The translations under genes were made by a program, and so were the position numbers. From a virus (Duplodnaviria > Heunggongvirae > Uroviricota > Caudoviricetes), in the IMG/VR virus record IMGVR_UViG_2671180338_000008, positions 1 through 9,979 of that record: a stretch of 9,979 nt of DNA; one strand, given 5' to 3'. The notes beneath the pieces were generated by a model. That model worked only from the letters and a program-made list of their open reading frames with translations. It did no database searches and was not told where the DNA came from. Positions 1 through 6,965 of this stretch are shown piece after piece; position 1 is the stretch's first letter; each line of letters starts with the position of its first letter.

Positions 1-414
1 CGTAAGTAAAATCAGCCACCCACAGCTGGTCAGGACGTTCTGCCACGAACTGACGGTTTACGCGGTCACCTGCGGCAACGGTTTTCCGGCTGACGGTAGT
101 GCGGACCTTTTTACCCCGGAGAACACCGACAAGTCCCATAACCGCCATGAGGCGCGCCACTGTACATCTGGCCACCCTGATTCCTTCCCGTAACAACTGG
201 CGCCAGACTTTACGCACACCGTACACCTGATGATTTTCATCGTATACGCGCTGTATCTCTCTCTTCAGCCAGTCATCGTGCTGCGCACGGGCACTGCGTT
301 TATCAGGATGATGTCCTGTTGCTAACAGTGGTAATACGTTGACGGGGCAATATGCAGTTCACTGCATACCGGTCCGACCCCGTACTGCCCACGCAGCTTA
401 TCCAGCAGTGGCAT
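1..414 (-). pseudogene. IS629-like transposase OrfB, partial (runs off window) and disrupted
   Basis: ATG at 412-414 overlaps the orfA stop (TAATG). Reads MPLLDKLRGQYGVGPVCSELHIAPSTYYHC then an in-frame TAG at 322-324 (CAG Gln expected). A 1-nt frame change near 316-318 precedes the conserved frame resuming as GHHPDKRSARAQHDDWLKREIQRVYDENHQVYG... Confidence 0.6.
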
Positions 415-739
415 TATTTTTTCCAGAGGCGGTCGAACTCCGCCTTCGCAAAATAAGCGGAAGCCTGGCGAAGGATATCGTTACTGCGGCGCAGTTCACG
501 ATTTTCACGCTCCAGCTCTTTCAGACGCTGACGTTCAGCGGTGGTGAGCCCTCCATCACCGCCCCCGGTATCCCGCTCATGCTGGCGAACCCAGACACGC
601 AGAGTCTCCGGTGTACAGCCAATCTTTGGAGTAATGGAACAAATTACCGCCCATTGTGAGTCATATTCGCCCTGACTTTCCAGAACCATACGGACTGCCC
701 GTTGACGGACTTCGGGGGAAAACGAGTATTTTTAGTCAT
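414..739 (-). pseudogene. IS629-like transposase OrfA, frameshifted after codon 7
   Basis: ATG at 737-739 with GAGG about 9 nt upstream. The conserved OrfA frame (ORF 414-689, starting MVLESQ...) is +1 relative to this ATG after a T4C5 homopolymer run (plus-strand G5 714-718, A4 719-722). From the ATG the frame reads [15 protein letters not shown]... and terminates early. The intact element is remembered as having one more T in this run. Confidence 0.6.
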
Positions 740-768
740 CCTGTTTACCTCTTTCTCAGGGAGTTTAG

Positions 769-793
769 TCTCCAGGATTCCCGGGGCGGTTCA
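769..793 (-). repeat. Left terminal inverted repeat of the IS629-like element (approximate extent)
   Basis: Element-strand sequence TGAACCGCCCCGGGAATCCTGGAGA... begins at 793. Followed by a GAGG Shine-Dalgarno and the orfA ATG at 737-739. The exact IR length is not determinable without the right end. Confidence 0.6.
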
Positions 794-1696
794 TTATCTA
801 AAAAAGCTGAAAGCCTTAGCTCAGGAAAAATTACGATTGGAACAAAAGAAAAAGTAATCATTATTAATGAGTTAAGGCAATGTCATCCATTATCACAATT
901 ACTGGTTATCGCGGATTTGCCACGTAGTACATTTTACTATCACGTGAAACGCCTTAATGCGCCAGATCCATATCAACTTGTTAAACAAGTAATATTGAGA
1001 ATATACCATCAGCATAAAGGGCGTTATGGTTATCGACGCATCAGACTTGCCTGCCGTAACGAGGGCATTTTACTTAATGGTAAAACCATCAGAAAGTTAA
1101 TGAAGGAACTGGGTATCAGCTCACTTATCAGGCGCAAGAAGTACCGTGCCTATCGTGGAGAACAGGGGCGAACTTGTAATAATTTACTGAAGAGACAATT
1201 TTATGCTGACCGCCCAAATCAAAAGTGGGTAACAGATGTCACAGAGTTTAAGGTCGATGGCAGGAAGCTCTATTTATCACCAATCATGGACCTGTATAAT
1301 GGAGAAATAGTCTCATATAACCTTACTGAGCGCCCATTAGCATCAATGGTAAAGAGCATGCTATTAGATGCGGTAGAACAACTCAATAAAGACGATAAGC
1401 CCTTGTTGCATAGTGATCAGGGGTGGCAATATCAGATGCCTCGTTGGCAACGTTGGTTGAGTGATAATGGCATAACACAAAGCATGTCCCGACGTGGTAA
1501 CTGCTTAGATAATGCAGCAATGGAAAGCTTTTTTAGTACTTTAAAATAAGAATGTTACTACCTAAATAAATACAATAAGTTACATCATCTAAAGCAAGAT
1601 ATAATTGATTACATTGAATACTACAATCACCATCGCATTAAAGAGAAACTCGATGGCATGAGTCCGGTTCAATATCGACTTAAACATTTTTCATAG
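794..1696 (+). pseudogene. IS150-like transposase OrfB (integrase core) with an in-frame TAA
   Basis: Single frame through the conserved transposase core, interrupted by TAA at 1547-1549 (FFSTLK*ECYYLNKY...), after which the same frame continues to the natural stop TAG at 1694-1696 (...HHRIKEKLDGMSPVQYRLKHFS). No own start is present in the window. Confidence 0.7.
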
Positions 1697-1723
1697 GATG
1701 TCCAAGATTTGGGGCGCAGATCA
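794..1723 (+). mobile_element. IS3-family (IS150-group-like) insertion sequence remnant, 5' end displaced by the IS629-like insertion
   Basis: Starts exactly at the IS629-like terminus. 795-857 encodes an OrfA C-terminal leucine-zipper tail (YLKKLKALAQEKLRLEQKKK*) containing an A AAA AAG slippery motif. It is followed by an OrfB with DDE-transposase hallmarks (RSTFYYHVKRL, GRYGYRRI, LHSDQGWQYQ, SMSRRGNCLDNAAMESFF, MSPVQYR). The putative right terminus GTCCAAGATTTGGGGCGCAGATCA at 1700-1723 ends in CA; this IR assignment is tentative. About 40% GC, distinct from the phage module. Confidence 0.7.
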
Positions 1724-1787
1724 TTTGAAAAGGTGGGCACCTACGTTACCAATACTGGCTTAATGGCTACATACGGCAGTCGGTTTA

Positions 1788-1829
1788 CGCTTACCTCCGT
1801 TAACGCTTACCTCCGTTAACGCTTACCTT
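1788..1829. repeat. 16-bp tandem direct repeat, about 2.6 copies (CGCTTACCTCCGTTAA)
   Basis: Read directly: CGCTTACCTCCGTTAA at 1788-1803 and 1804-1819, then CGCTTACCTT at 1820-1829. Lies in the unassigned segment downstream of the IS150-like end. Confidence 0.8.
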
Positions 1830-1973
1830 TAATCTGCTGAATTTCGAATTGTTCAGGAGTAATAGTCCAAAGTATCGGGAATTTTCCAGACAATCCTGAT
1901 AATACGCTTATGAACATTACAACACGCTCATGCGGAACCTGGATGGGGGAAGGAACGGTGAAGCTGTTAGCGA

Positions 1974-2003
1974 ATGACCGGCGTTTGTATAAACGCCGGT
2001 CAT
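1974..2003. repeat. Perfect 13-bp-arm inverted repeat with a 4-nt loop (ATGACCGGCGTTT GTAT AAACGCCGGTCAT)
   Basis: Read directly. No U-tract follows on either strand, so it is not a canonical intrinsic terminator. It sits about 50 nt downstream of the stop of the minus-strand 96-codon ORF. Confidence 0.8.
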
Positions 2004-2053
2004 GATGAATGATATTTCAGAATATACCTCGGGCTAAAATACCGGGACAGAGA

Positions 2054-2344
2054 TCAGGCGTGATTAATCTGCAGCATTTTTAATAACAGAAGTACTGAGC
2101 TTACTTTACCTTTGATGATGTAATAGTTATTTCCGTCGGTACTCATTTTTCCCTGAAATAATGTCACGGATGTTTCTTCCTGCTGATCCTGCAGGCGCAG
2201 TCGTAAGGTCATATTTTTAATGAGCTGAGATCCGGGTGGCAAGGGGTATTTGCTGTCAGATACTGGGCGACTGAGTCTGATGTGGCGCGTATACAGCCCG
2301 TTTTCGTACAGGGTGGCCTCTGTTATGGTGTCAGTGACCAGCAT
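2054..2344 (-). CDS. Hypothetical protein (96 aa), possibly a 5'-truncated gene remnant abutting IS1
   Basis: ORF MLVTDTITEATLYENGLYTRHIRL...LKMLQINHA. Its ATG (2342-2344) lies 3 bp from the IS1 end and in the same frame as insB, 6 codons after the insB stop. No recognisable family and no clear Shine-Dalgarno. Confidence 0.3.
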   Translation of the reverse strand: MLVTDTITEATLYENGLYTRHIRLSRPVSDSKYPLPPGSQLIKNMTLRLRLQDQQEETSVTLFQGKMSTDGNNYYIIKGKVSSVLLLLKMLQINHA

Positions 2345-2362
2345 GTGGGTAATGACTCCAAC

Positions 2363-2866
2363 TTATTGATAGTGTTTTATGTTCAGATAATGCCCGATGA
2401 CTTTGTCATGCAGCTCCACCGATTTTGAGAACGACAGCGACTTCCGTCCCAGCCGTGCCAGGTGCTGCCTCAGATTCAGGTTATGCCGCTCAATTCGCTG
2501 CGTATATCGCTTGCTGATTACGTGCAGCTTTCCCTTCAGGCGGGATTCATACAGCGGCCAGCCATCCGTCATCCATATCACCACGTCAAAGGGTGACAGC
2601 AGGCTCATAAGACGCCCCAGCGTCGCCATAGTGCGTTCACCGAATACGTGCGCAACAACCGTCTTCCGGAGACTGTCATACGCGTAAAACAGCCAGCGCT
2701 GGCGCGATTTAGCCCCGACATAGCCCCACTGTTCGTCCATTTCCGCGCAGACGATGACGTCACTGCCCGGCTGTATGCGCGAGGTTACCGACTGCGGCCT
2801 GAGTTTTTTAAGTGACGTAAAATCGTGTTGAGGCCAACGCCCATAATGCGTGCAGTTGCCCGGCAT
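2363..2866 (-). CDS. insB: IS1 InsB reading frame (expressed as the InsAB' fusion by programmed -1 frameshifting)
   Basis: 167-aa translation [27 protein letters not shown]...[15 protein letters not shown]. Stop TAA at 2363-2365 lies inside the terminal repeat. Confidence 0.9.
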
Positions 2867-3060
2867 CCAACGCCATTCATGGCCATATCAATGATTTTCT
2901 GGTGCGTACCGGGTTGAGAAGCGGTGTAAGTGAACTGCAGTTGCCATGTTTTACGGCAGTGAGAGCAGAGATAGCGCTGATGTCCGGCAGTGCTTTTGCC
3001 GTTACGCACCACCCCGTCAGTAGCTGAACAGGAGGGACAGCTGATAGAAACAGAAGCCAC
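2785..3060 (-). CDS. insA: IS1 InsA (transposition repressor / N-terminal part of the InsAB' transposase)
   Basis: 91-aa translation [43 protein letters not shown]...LKNSGRSR starting at GTG 3058-3060; zinc-finger CxxC...CxxC motif. Confidence 0.9.
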
Positions 3061-3130
3061 TGGAGCACCTCAAAAACACCATCATACACTAAATCAGTAA
3101 GTTGGCAGCATCACCTCATTCGTCTGTTCC

Positions 3131-3637
3131 TTAAATCTTCCAGGAAATTTCTGCATTGCCGTCAGCATCACCGGCACCTGTGAATTCAGCGTTGGTCAGC
3201 ACCACGTTTTTGCCACTGACTGACGTGGACATGAATCCACCCAGCGGCACTTTGATGGATTCATCAGTGGAGACGACAACGTATACCGGATCGCCTTTTT
3301 TGATAGTGCTGGCATCAAAATCAGAACCGAGATTAACGGTCACGTAGCCACGCTTCATGGCGTCGCCCGGGAAGTTCTTGCCTGTTCCCACCTGGCGAAC
3401 CATGTCCGGCTGCGACGTGGTCGGATAAGGGCGCACGTAGATCCCCTTCACCTTGTCTGCGGTATCACCATCTGCCAGCGGCACGAAAAAACCGTCATCA
3501 TCGTATTTACCAGCCAGGCCATAGGCAGCGAAGGCGTTATCGGATTTAAGGACCACCGGTTCGACGGTTAAGTCCTGCGGGCGAGAGACAGCCCCGGCAA
3601 TGCCAACAGGCATCCGGTACAGAAATACATTATTCAT
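3131..3637 (-). CDS. Phage protein of unknown function (168 aa), last gene of the head module before IS1
   Basis: ATG 3635-3637 with AAGGG about 7 nt upstream, 3 nt after the stop of the upstream gene. Stop TAA 3131-3133 lies only 15 bp from the IS1 terminus. Beta-rich, Gly/Asp/Val-rich composition suggests a structural protein; no family recognised. Confidence 0.5.
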   Translation of the reverse strand: MNNVFLYRMPVGIAGAVSRPQDLTVEPVVLKSDNAFAAYGLAGKYDDDGFFVPLADGDTADKVKGIYVRPYPTTSQPDMVRQVGTGKNFPGDAMKRGYVTVNLGSDFDASTIKKGDPVYVVVSTDESIKVPLGGFMSTSVSGKNVVLTNAEFTGAGDADGNAEISWKI

Positions 3638-3640
3638 TTT

Positions 3641-4861
3641 TTACCCTTTACGGTTTGCCCAGAATTCAGCGTTTTGTTTGTTCAGGGAAGCGATACTGGT
3701 CATGCCCATGTTTAGGCGCTGTGCATCGCCGGTGGTGGCGCGGGTGTTTCGCCCTTTGGCAACCTCAGACACGGCATTAAACGCCATGTCGACCGATTGT
3801 TTCGGTAATTTGCGGATATCCGCATCACCGACTATCTGGCGAACCAGCGTTTTGTCAGCAGAAGCCAGAACCTCGCGTTTGAACGCGGTCGGTTTCATCT
3901 TACGGCTCAGATCGATACCCGGAACGATAACTTCGGCACGCCAGGCTGAGTCACCAGTAATCGTGGTTTCCTCTTCATCGTCCTCGCCGTCACCGGTCGG
4001 ATTATCGTCAGGCTTATTATCGTTATCGCCCGTGGCATTTCTTTCCAGCTTAGCCAGCAGGGCTTTCAGTAATGTTTTGAGGTCATCATCACTGTCGCCG
4101 GTTGGATCTCCGCCCATCTCTGGTGCTTTGTCCGGTAGTGGTTGCTGCGGGGACAGGTTGATGTTGAGATTAACGCCCTGCGGCAAATCCCCCTCATCTC
4201 CTGTAACCGATGCGGGAGCCGACTCCACCAGTTCGTTCATGGTGTCGGCATCTCCTGTCTTGATGGCCGCACGCATGCGGTTCCACCAGTTTTTCTTTTG
4301 ATTTGCCATTGTGTCTCTGTCTCCAATTGCACAACGATTTCCGGCTCTGCCTTTAGGGACAAGAGCCACATGGTTTCCGGTAATATCGACCTGCTCGGCT
4401 TTACCTGGCTCGGTCTGCTCGTACTCCGCGTCATAGCCGCACGACACTTCGCGCAGGCCATCTTCGATAAGCTGAATGGCGCTTTCGTCTTTGACGATAA
4501 GGTCAGCCAGCATCAAATCAGACTGCTCACCCGTCCCGCGCCGGACATTCTGGAGGTGCCCGACAGCAAGCTCTTTCCAGTTCTCGGGATTTACCAGCCG
4601 CACATTCCCGTTTTCATCTTCAGGATGCAGGATCGTGATGCTCATCCCTTCGAATGAGGCAAGCGTGGCCGGATGGAATACCTGCTCAGGAGAACGCGTG
4701 ACGACTATTTCACCGAACTTATCGGGTTTCAGTTTTGGCAGGTCATCAGCACCATAGAGCTGCTTACCTGTTCGTCCTATCGGCACGTCTTTGCACAGCA
4801 ACGAGCCGTCAGCCAGGCGGTATCGGGTTTCCCCGAGCCTGGTCTCAAAAAAGTATTTCAT
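3641..4861 (-). CDS. Phage head-maturation protein: N-terminal DUF2213/XkdF-like putative prohead protease domain with a C-terminal acidic scaffold-like region (406 aa)
   Basis: N-terminal motifs FHPATLASFEGMSITILHPE, REVSCGYD and GNHVALVPKGRAG resemble the DUF2213 family (recalled, not searched). The C-terminal half is acidic and low-complexity (TGDSDDDL, DNDNKPDDNPTGDGEDDEEE) with a coiled-coil-like LKTLLKALLAKLERN. An internal in-frame ATG at 4307-4309 is preceded by GGAGA. Gene starts 3 nt after the Mu-F-like gene stop. Confidence 0.55.
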   Translation of the reverse strand: MKYFFETRLGETRYRLADGSLLCKDVPIGRTGKQLYGADDLPKLKPDKFGEIVVTRSPEQVFHPATLASFEGMSITILHPEDENGNVRLVNPENWKELAVGHLQNVRRGTGEQSDLMLADLIVKDESAIQLIEDGLREVSCGYDAEYEQTEPGKAEQVDITGNHVALVPKGRAGNRCAIGDRDTMANQKKNWWNRMRAAIKTGDADTMNELVESAPASVTGDEGDLPQGVNLNINLSPQQPLPDKAPEMGGDPTGDSDDDLKTLLKALLAKLERNATGDNDNKPDDNPTGDGEDDEEETTITGDSAWRAEVIVPGIDLSRKMKPTAFKREVLASADKTLVRQIVGDADIRKLPKQSVDMAFNAVSEVAKGRNTRATTGDAQRLNMGMTSIASLNKQNAEFWANRKG

Positions 4862-4864
4862 GGG

Positions 4865-5647
4865 TTATGCTGCCCTTTTCATTGCGAATGGAACGCGAAC
4901 AAACACGATCTCTTTATAGCAGCGGCAGTTTGGCAGCTCGCCCGCGTGGCCGGTCATGCCGTCCAAAGTTGGAGGTGAATCCCAGCGGACGAATTTACCT
5001 TTCATGTGATCGTGGGAATCTCGGACATCGCCATCATCGGCTGTACGCCAAATATAACCATCCGAGCCAATAGCTATCGCTCGGGCCATATCCAGCGCGC
5101 CCGTTGCTCTTCCCAGTTCCGTTCGGGCAATCAGATCGGCCCTAGACTTAGCAACATCGCCGGTAGATGCAATCTCTTTAGCAAACTGCTCCGCCCGACC
5201 ACCGGTGACAACAGCCTCTATCGCTTTGTTCTGGATGTCGTACACCCTGTCTGCGGCCTCGAGAGGCAGAGATTTGATGTACTTGACCTGTTCGGCGATG
5301 ATGGATTGCATCACCTGGCCCACAGGAGCGCTTTCCACAAGATTGCGGAGCTCGCGACTGATGTTCTTGCTGTGTTGCCGCCAAACTTTCTCGTTCTGCC
5401 GGGTTAGGTCCGCAGTAAAGTTTTCCGCGACCTTTGTCGCCCAGGGGGTGATGATTTCACTGTAACGCTCCAGCGCCGCAATAATTTCCGTGATACTGTC
5501 ATTTGAACCATCGTAGCGACCATTTACGATGTCTCCGACCGCCCTCGCTATCCTGCGTAGGCTGGTTCGATACCGGATTTCCGCCTGACGGCTCCTGCGG
5601 TTCGTCATCAGGTTCGCCGATGCCGGGCGGCGCTTCATCTTCGGCAT
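4865..5647 (-). CDS. Phage head morphogenesis protein, Mu F / SPP1 gp7-like (260 aa)
   Basis: Motifs typical of the Phage_Mu_F domain: RTELGRATG, DVRDSHDHM, GHAGELPNCRCY. ATG at 5645-5647 with GAGGA 8 nt upstream. The start is uncertain (alternative ATGs at 5636-5638 and 5606-5608), and any of them overlaps the portal 3' end by more than 100 nt. Confidence 0.7.
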   Translation of the reverse strand: MPKMKRRPASANLMTNRRSRQAEIRYRTSLRRIARAVGDIVNGRYDGSNDSITEIIAALERYSEIITPWATKVAENFTADLTRQNEKVWRQHSKNISRELRNLVESAPVGQVMQSIIAEQVKYIKSLPLEAADRVYDIQNKAIEAVVTGGRAEQFAKEIASTGDVAKSRADLIARTELGRATGALDMARAIAIGSDGYIWRTADDGDVRDSHDHMKGKFVRWDSPPTLDGMTGHAGELPNCRCYKEIVFVRVPFAMKRAA

Positions 5648-6965
5648 TCTCGATGTCCTCGTCGGTAATGGATGCCCCGATGCCGGTTACGTCAGAATTT
5701 TCTCGCAAATCAGTCATAGCGGCTTTCAGTGTCATCAGACCATCACCCAGCGCCGTACTGATTGCGTTGGTGGTGTTTAACGCCACCGTTGAGCGATCGA
5801 CATCAGACATTTGCCAGAGCGGGTTAAACTCAAACGTGAAATCGTCCGGCAGCGGCTTGCCAAGTTCCGAACGATGCATGATGTCCAGTATCCGCCGCAC
5901 CGGAAGACGTAAACGCCTCTCCTGCAACGAACTGATGCGATCGTAATAGTTGGCAAGGTCTGCATCACCGGTAGAAAATCCTTTCGGGGACTGTCCGAAC
6001 AACCGCACCAGTGGGATACCAACAGCGCCACTAATCTGTTCTACAAACTGCGAAAGGATGTCATCCAGACCACTGAAGCTGTACTGATGGGTTTCAAACT
6101 TATCCCGCGAGTCCATGAGCGTCATGCCTTCATTACTCTGGAACTGTCGAATCAGGTCGATATTCTTCAGCAACGCTTCATACGCAGGACCACCAAGTGC
6201 GATAAGCTCGCGTAGCTTCTCCACGCTGTAGGTACGCAAATGCGCCTTGTAGACCAGCTGCGCCGCGCCGACAGTAGCGCTGTCGAACGCGGTAAGACGA
6301 TCCCAGATACGCTCTACAACCGACATTCCCCATTCGTTCTCGGTCATCTTCTGCTGAAATGGCAACGTGACGCCATCAAAGCGAATCAGGCGACTGTGAT
6401 GAATGCGCCAGGCAGGAATTCCCGTTGCTGTGGTCACCACATCGTAAAACTCAGGTTTACCCAGGTCCGGCCCCATATCTTTAATGCGGCGGGTCAGTGC
6501 CGGGTCGACCATCCAGCGGTCGAGCGGGAGAATCCCCTTAAACTTGCCCTTACCGATGGTTTCGGGTCGCAGCGGGGTCATTGGTGCCTACCCCTCAATC
6601 ATGATGAAACCCACCGCGCCGCCGTAGAGGCGCGACCATTTCAGCACGTCATTCAGCGCATCCCAGATTTGCAACTCATCCAGTTGTGATTCGAGAATGC
6701 CACGATCTTTTGCATCAATTTCCGAAGTGATGCGAATGCCTTTGCGGGTCATATCATCCGGGATAGCATCGACTGCTTCGCCGATGATCTAGGATGAACG
6801 ATAGGACCATTCCACCAGCATGCGGTTACGACTGGTGAAATTAGCCCGGTAGGTGGATGCTGAGTGCTGGTTAGGTGTCTGCATCCCTACGCGGGCAATA
6901 AAATTCTCATAACCATCAGCTGTGGCCTGCACAGTTCGCCGCAGGGCTTGTTTGTTTCGTGCCAT
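5499..6965 (-). pseudogene. Phage portal protein gene interrupted by two in-frame amber (TAG) codons
   Basis: One continuous frame. ATG 6963-6965 overlaps the large-terminase stop (TGA 6965-6967) by 1 nt. Reads MARNKQALRRTVQATADGYENFIARVGMQTPNQHSASTYRANFTSRNRMLVEWSYRSS, TAG at 6789-6791, IIGEAVDAIPDDMTRKGIRITSEIDAKDRGILESQLDELQIWDALNDVLKWSRLYGGAVGFIMIEG, TAG at 6588-6590, then APMTPLRPETIGKG... for 360 more codons to TGA 5499-5501. Size (~487 codons) and position after the terminase fit a portal. Confidence 0.8.

Larger units (their letters stand above)
1..793 (-). mobile_element. IS629/IS1203-like insertion sequence (IS3 family), partial: left end and ~790 bp; the rest lies beyond the window start
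   Basis: Minus-strand translation gives a recognisable IS629-type OrfA (MTKNTRF..., ...[90 protein letters not shown]) and an OrfB segment (...DENHQVYGVRKVWRQLLREGIRVARCTVARLMAVMGLVGVLRGKKVRTTVSRKTVAAGDRVNRQFVAERPDQLWVADFTY). The element terminus ...GGCGGTTCA at 793 (TGAACCGCC... on the element strand) fits the TG...CA ends of IS3-family elements. Identification is from memory of the IS629 sequence, not a search. Confidence 0.85.
2348..3115 (-). mobile_element. IS1, complete 768-bp copy
   Basis: Terminal inverted repeats GGTAATGACTCCAACTTATTGAT (2348-2370) and ATCAGTAAGTTGGCAGCATCACC (3093-3115). Internal InsA and InsB translations match the canonical IS1 proteins. Flanking 9-mers differ (CAGCATGTG vs TCATTCGTC), so there is no target-site duplication. 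Confidence 0.95.

Noticed and set aside
58-240. 60-aa minus-strand ORF in the track
   Set aside because: It lies inside the IS629-like orfB region but in a different frame; the conserved OrfB translation is in another frame.
339-659. 106-aa plus-strand ORF
   Set aside because: Antisense to the IS629-like orfA; no independent signals.
656-793. 5' portion of the 297-aa track ORF (656-1549)
   Set aside because: This part lies within the IS629-like terminal region; the meaningful IS150-like coding sequence starts only at the junction at 794.
1974-2003. Rho-independent terminator call for the 13-bp-arm hairpin
   Set aside because: No U-rich tract follows the stem on either strand.
2397-3089. 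Track ORFs 2397-2687 (+) and 2877-3089 (-) inside IS1
   Set aside because: Alternative-frame or antisense ORFs within a canonical IS1 whose real genes are insA and insB.
3156-5465. Plus-strand and alternative-frame ORFs across the head genes (3156-3347, 3600-4301, 4142-4657, 4237-4461, 4476-4757, 4673-4978, 4735-5073, 5006-5407, 5178-5384, 5205-5465)
   Set aside because: All are antisense or out of frame relative to well-supported phage genes. The Ser-rich 3600-4301 ORF is just the complement of the acidic scaffold codons.
6588-6791. Programmed stop-codon recoding (TAG read as an amino acid) in the portal
   Set aside because: Other genes in the window use TAG as a normal terminator (terS ends in TAG), and in-frame TAA and frameshifts also occur in the IS genes. 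Mutational decay or error is more parsimonious than an alternative genetic code.
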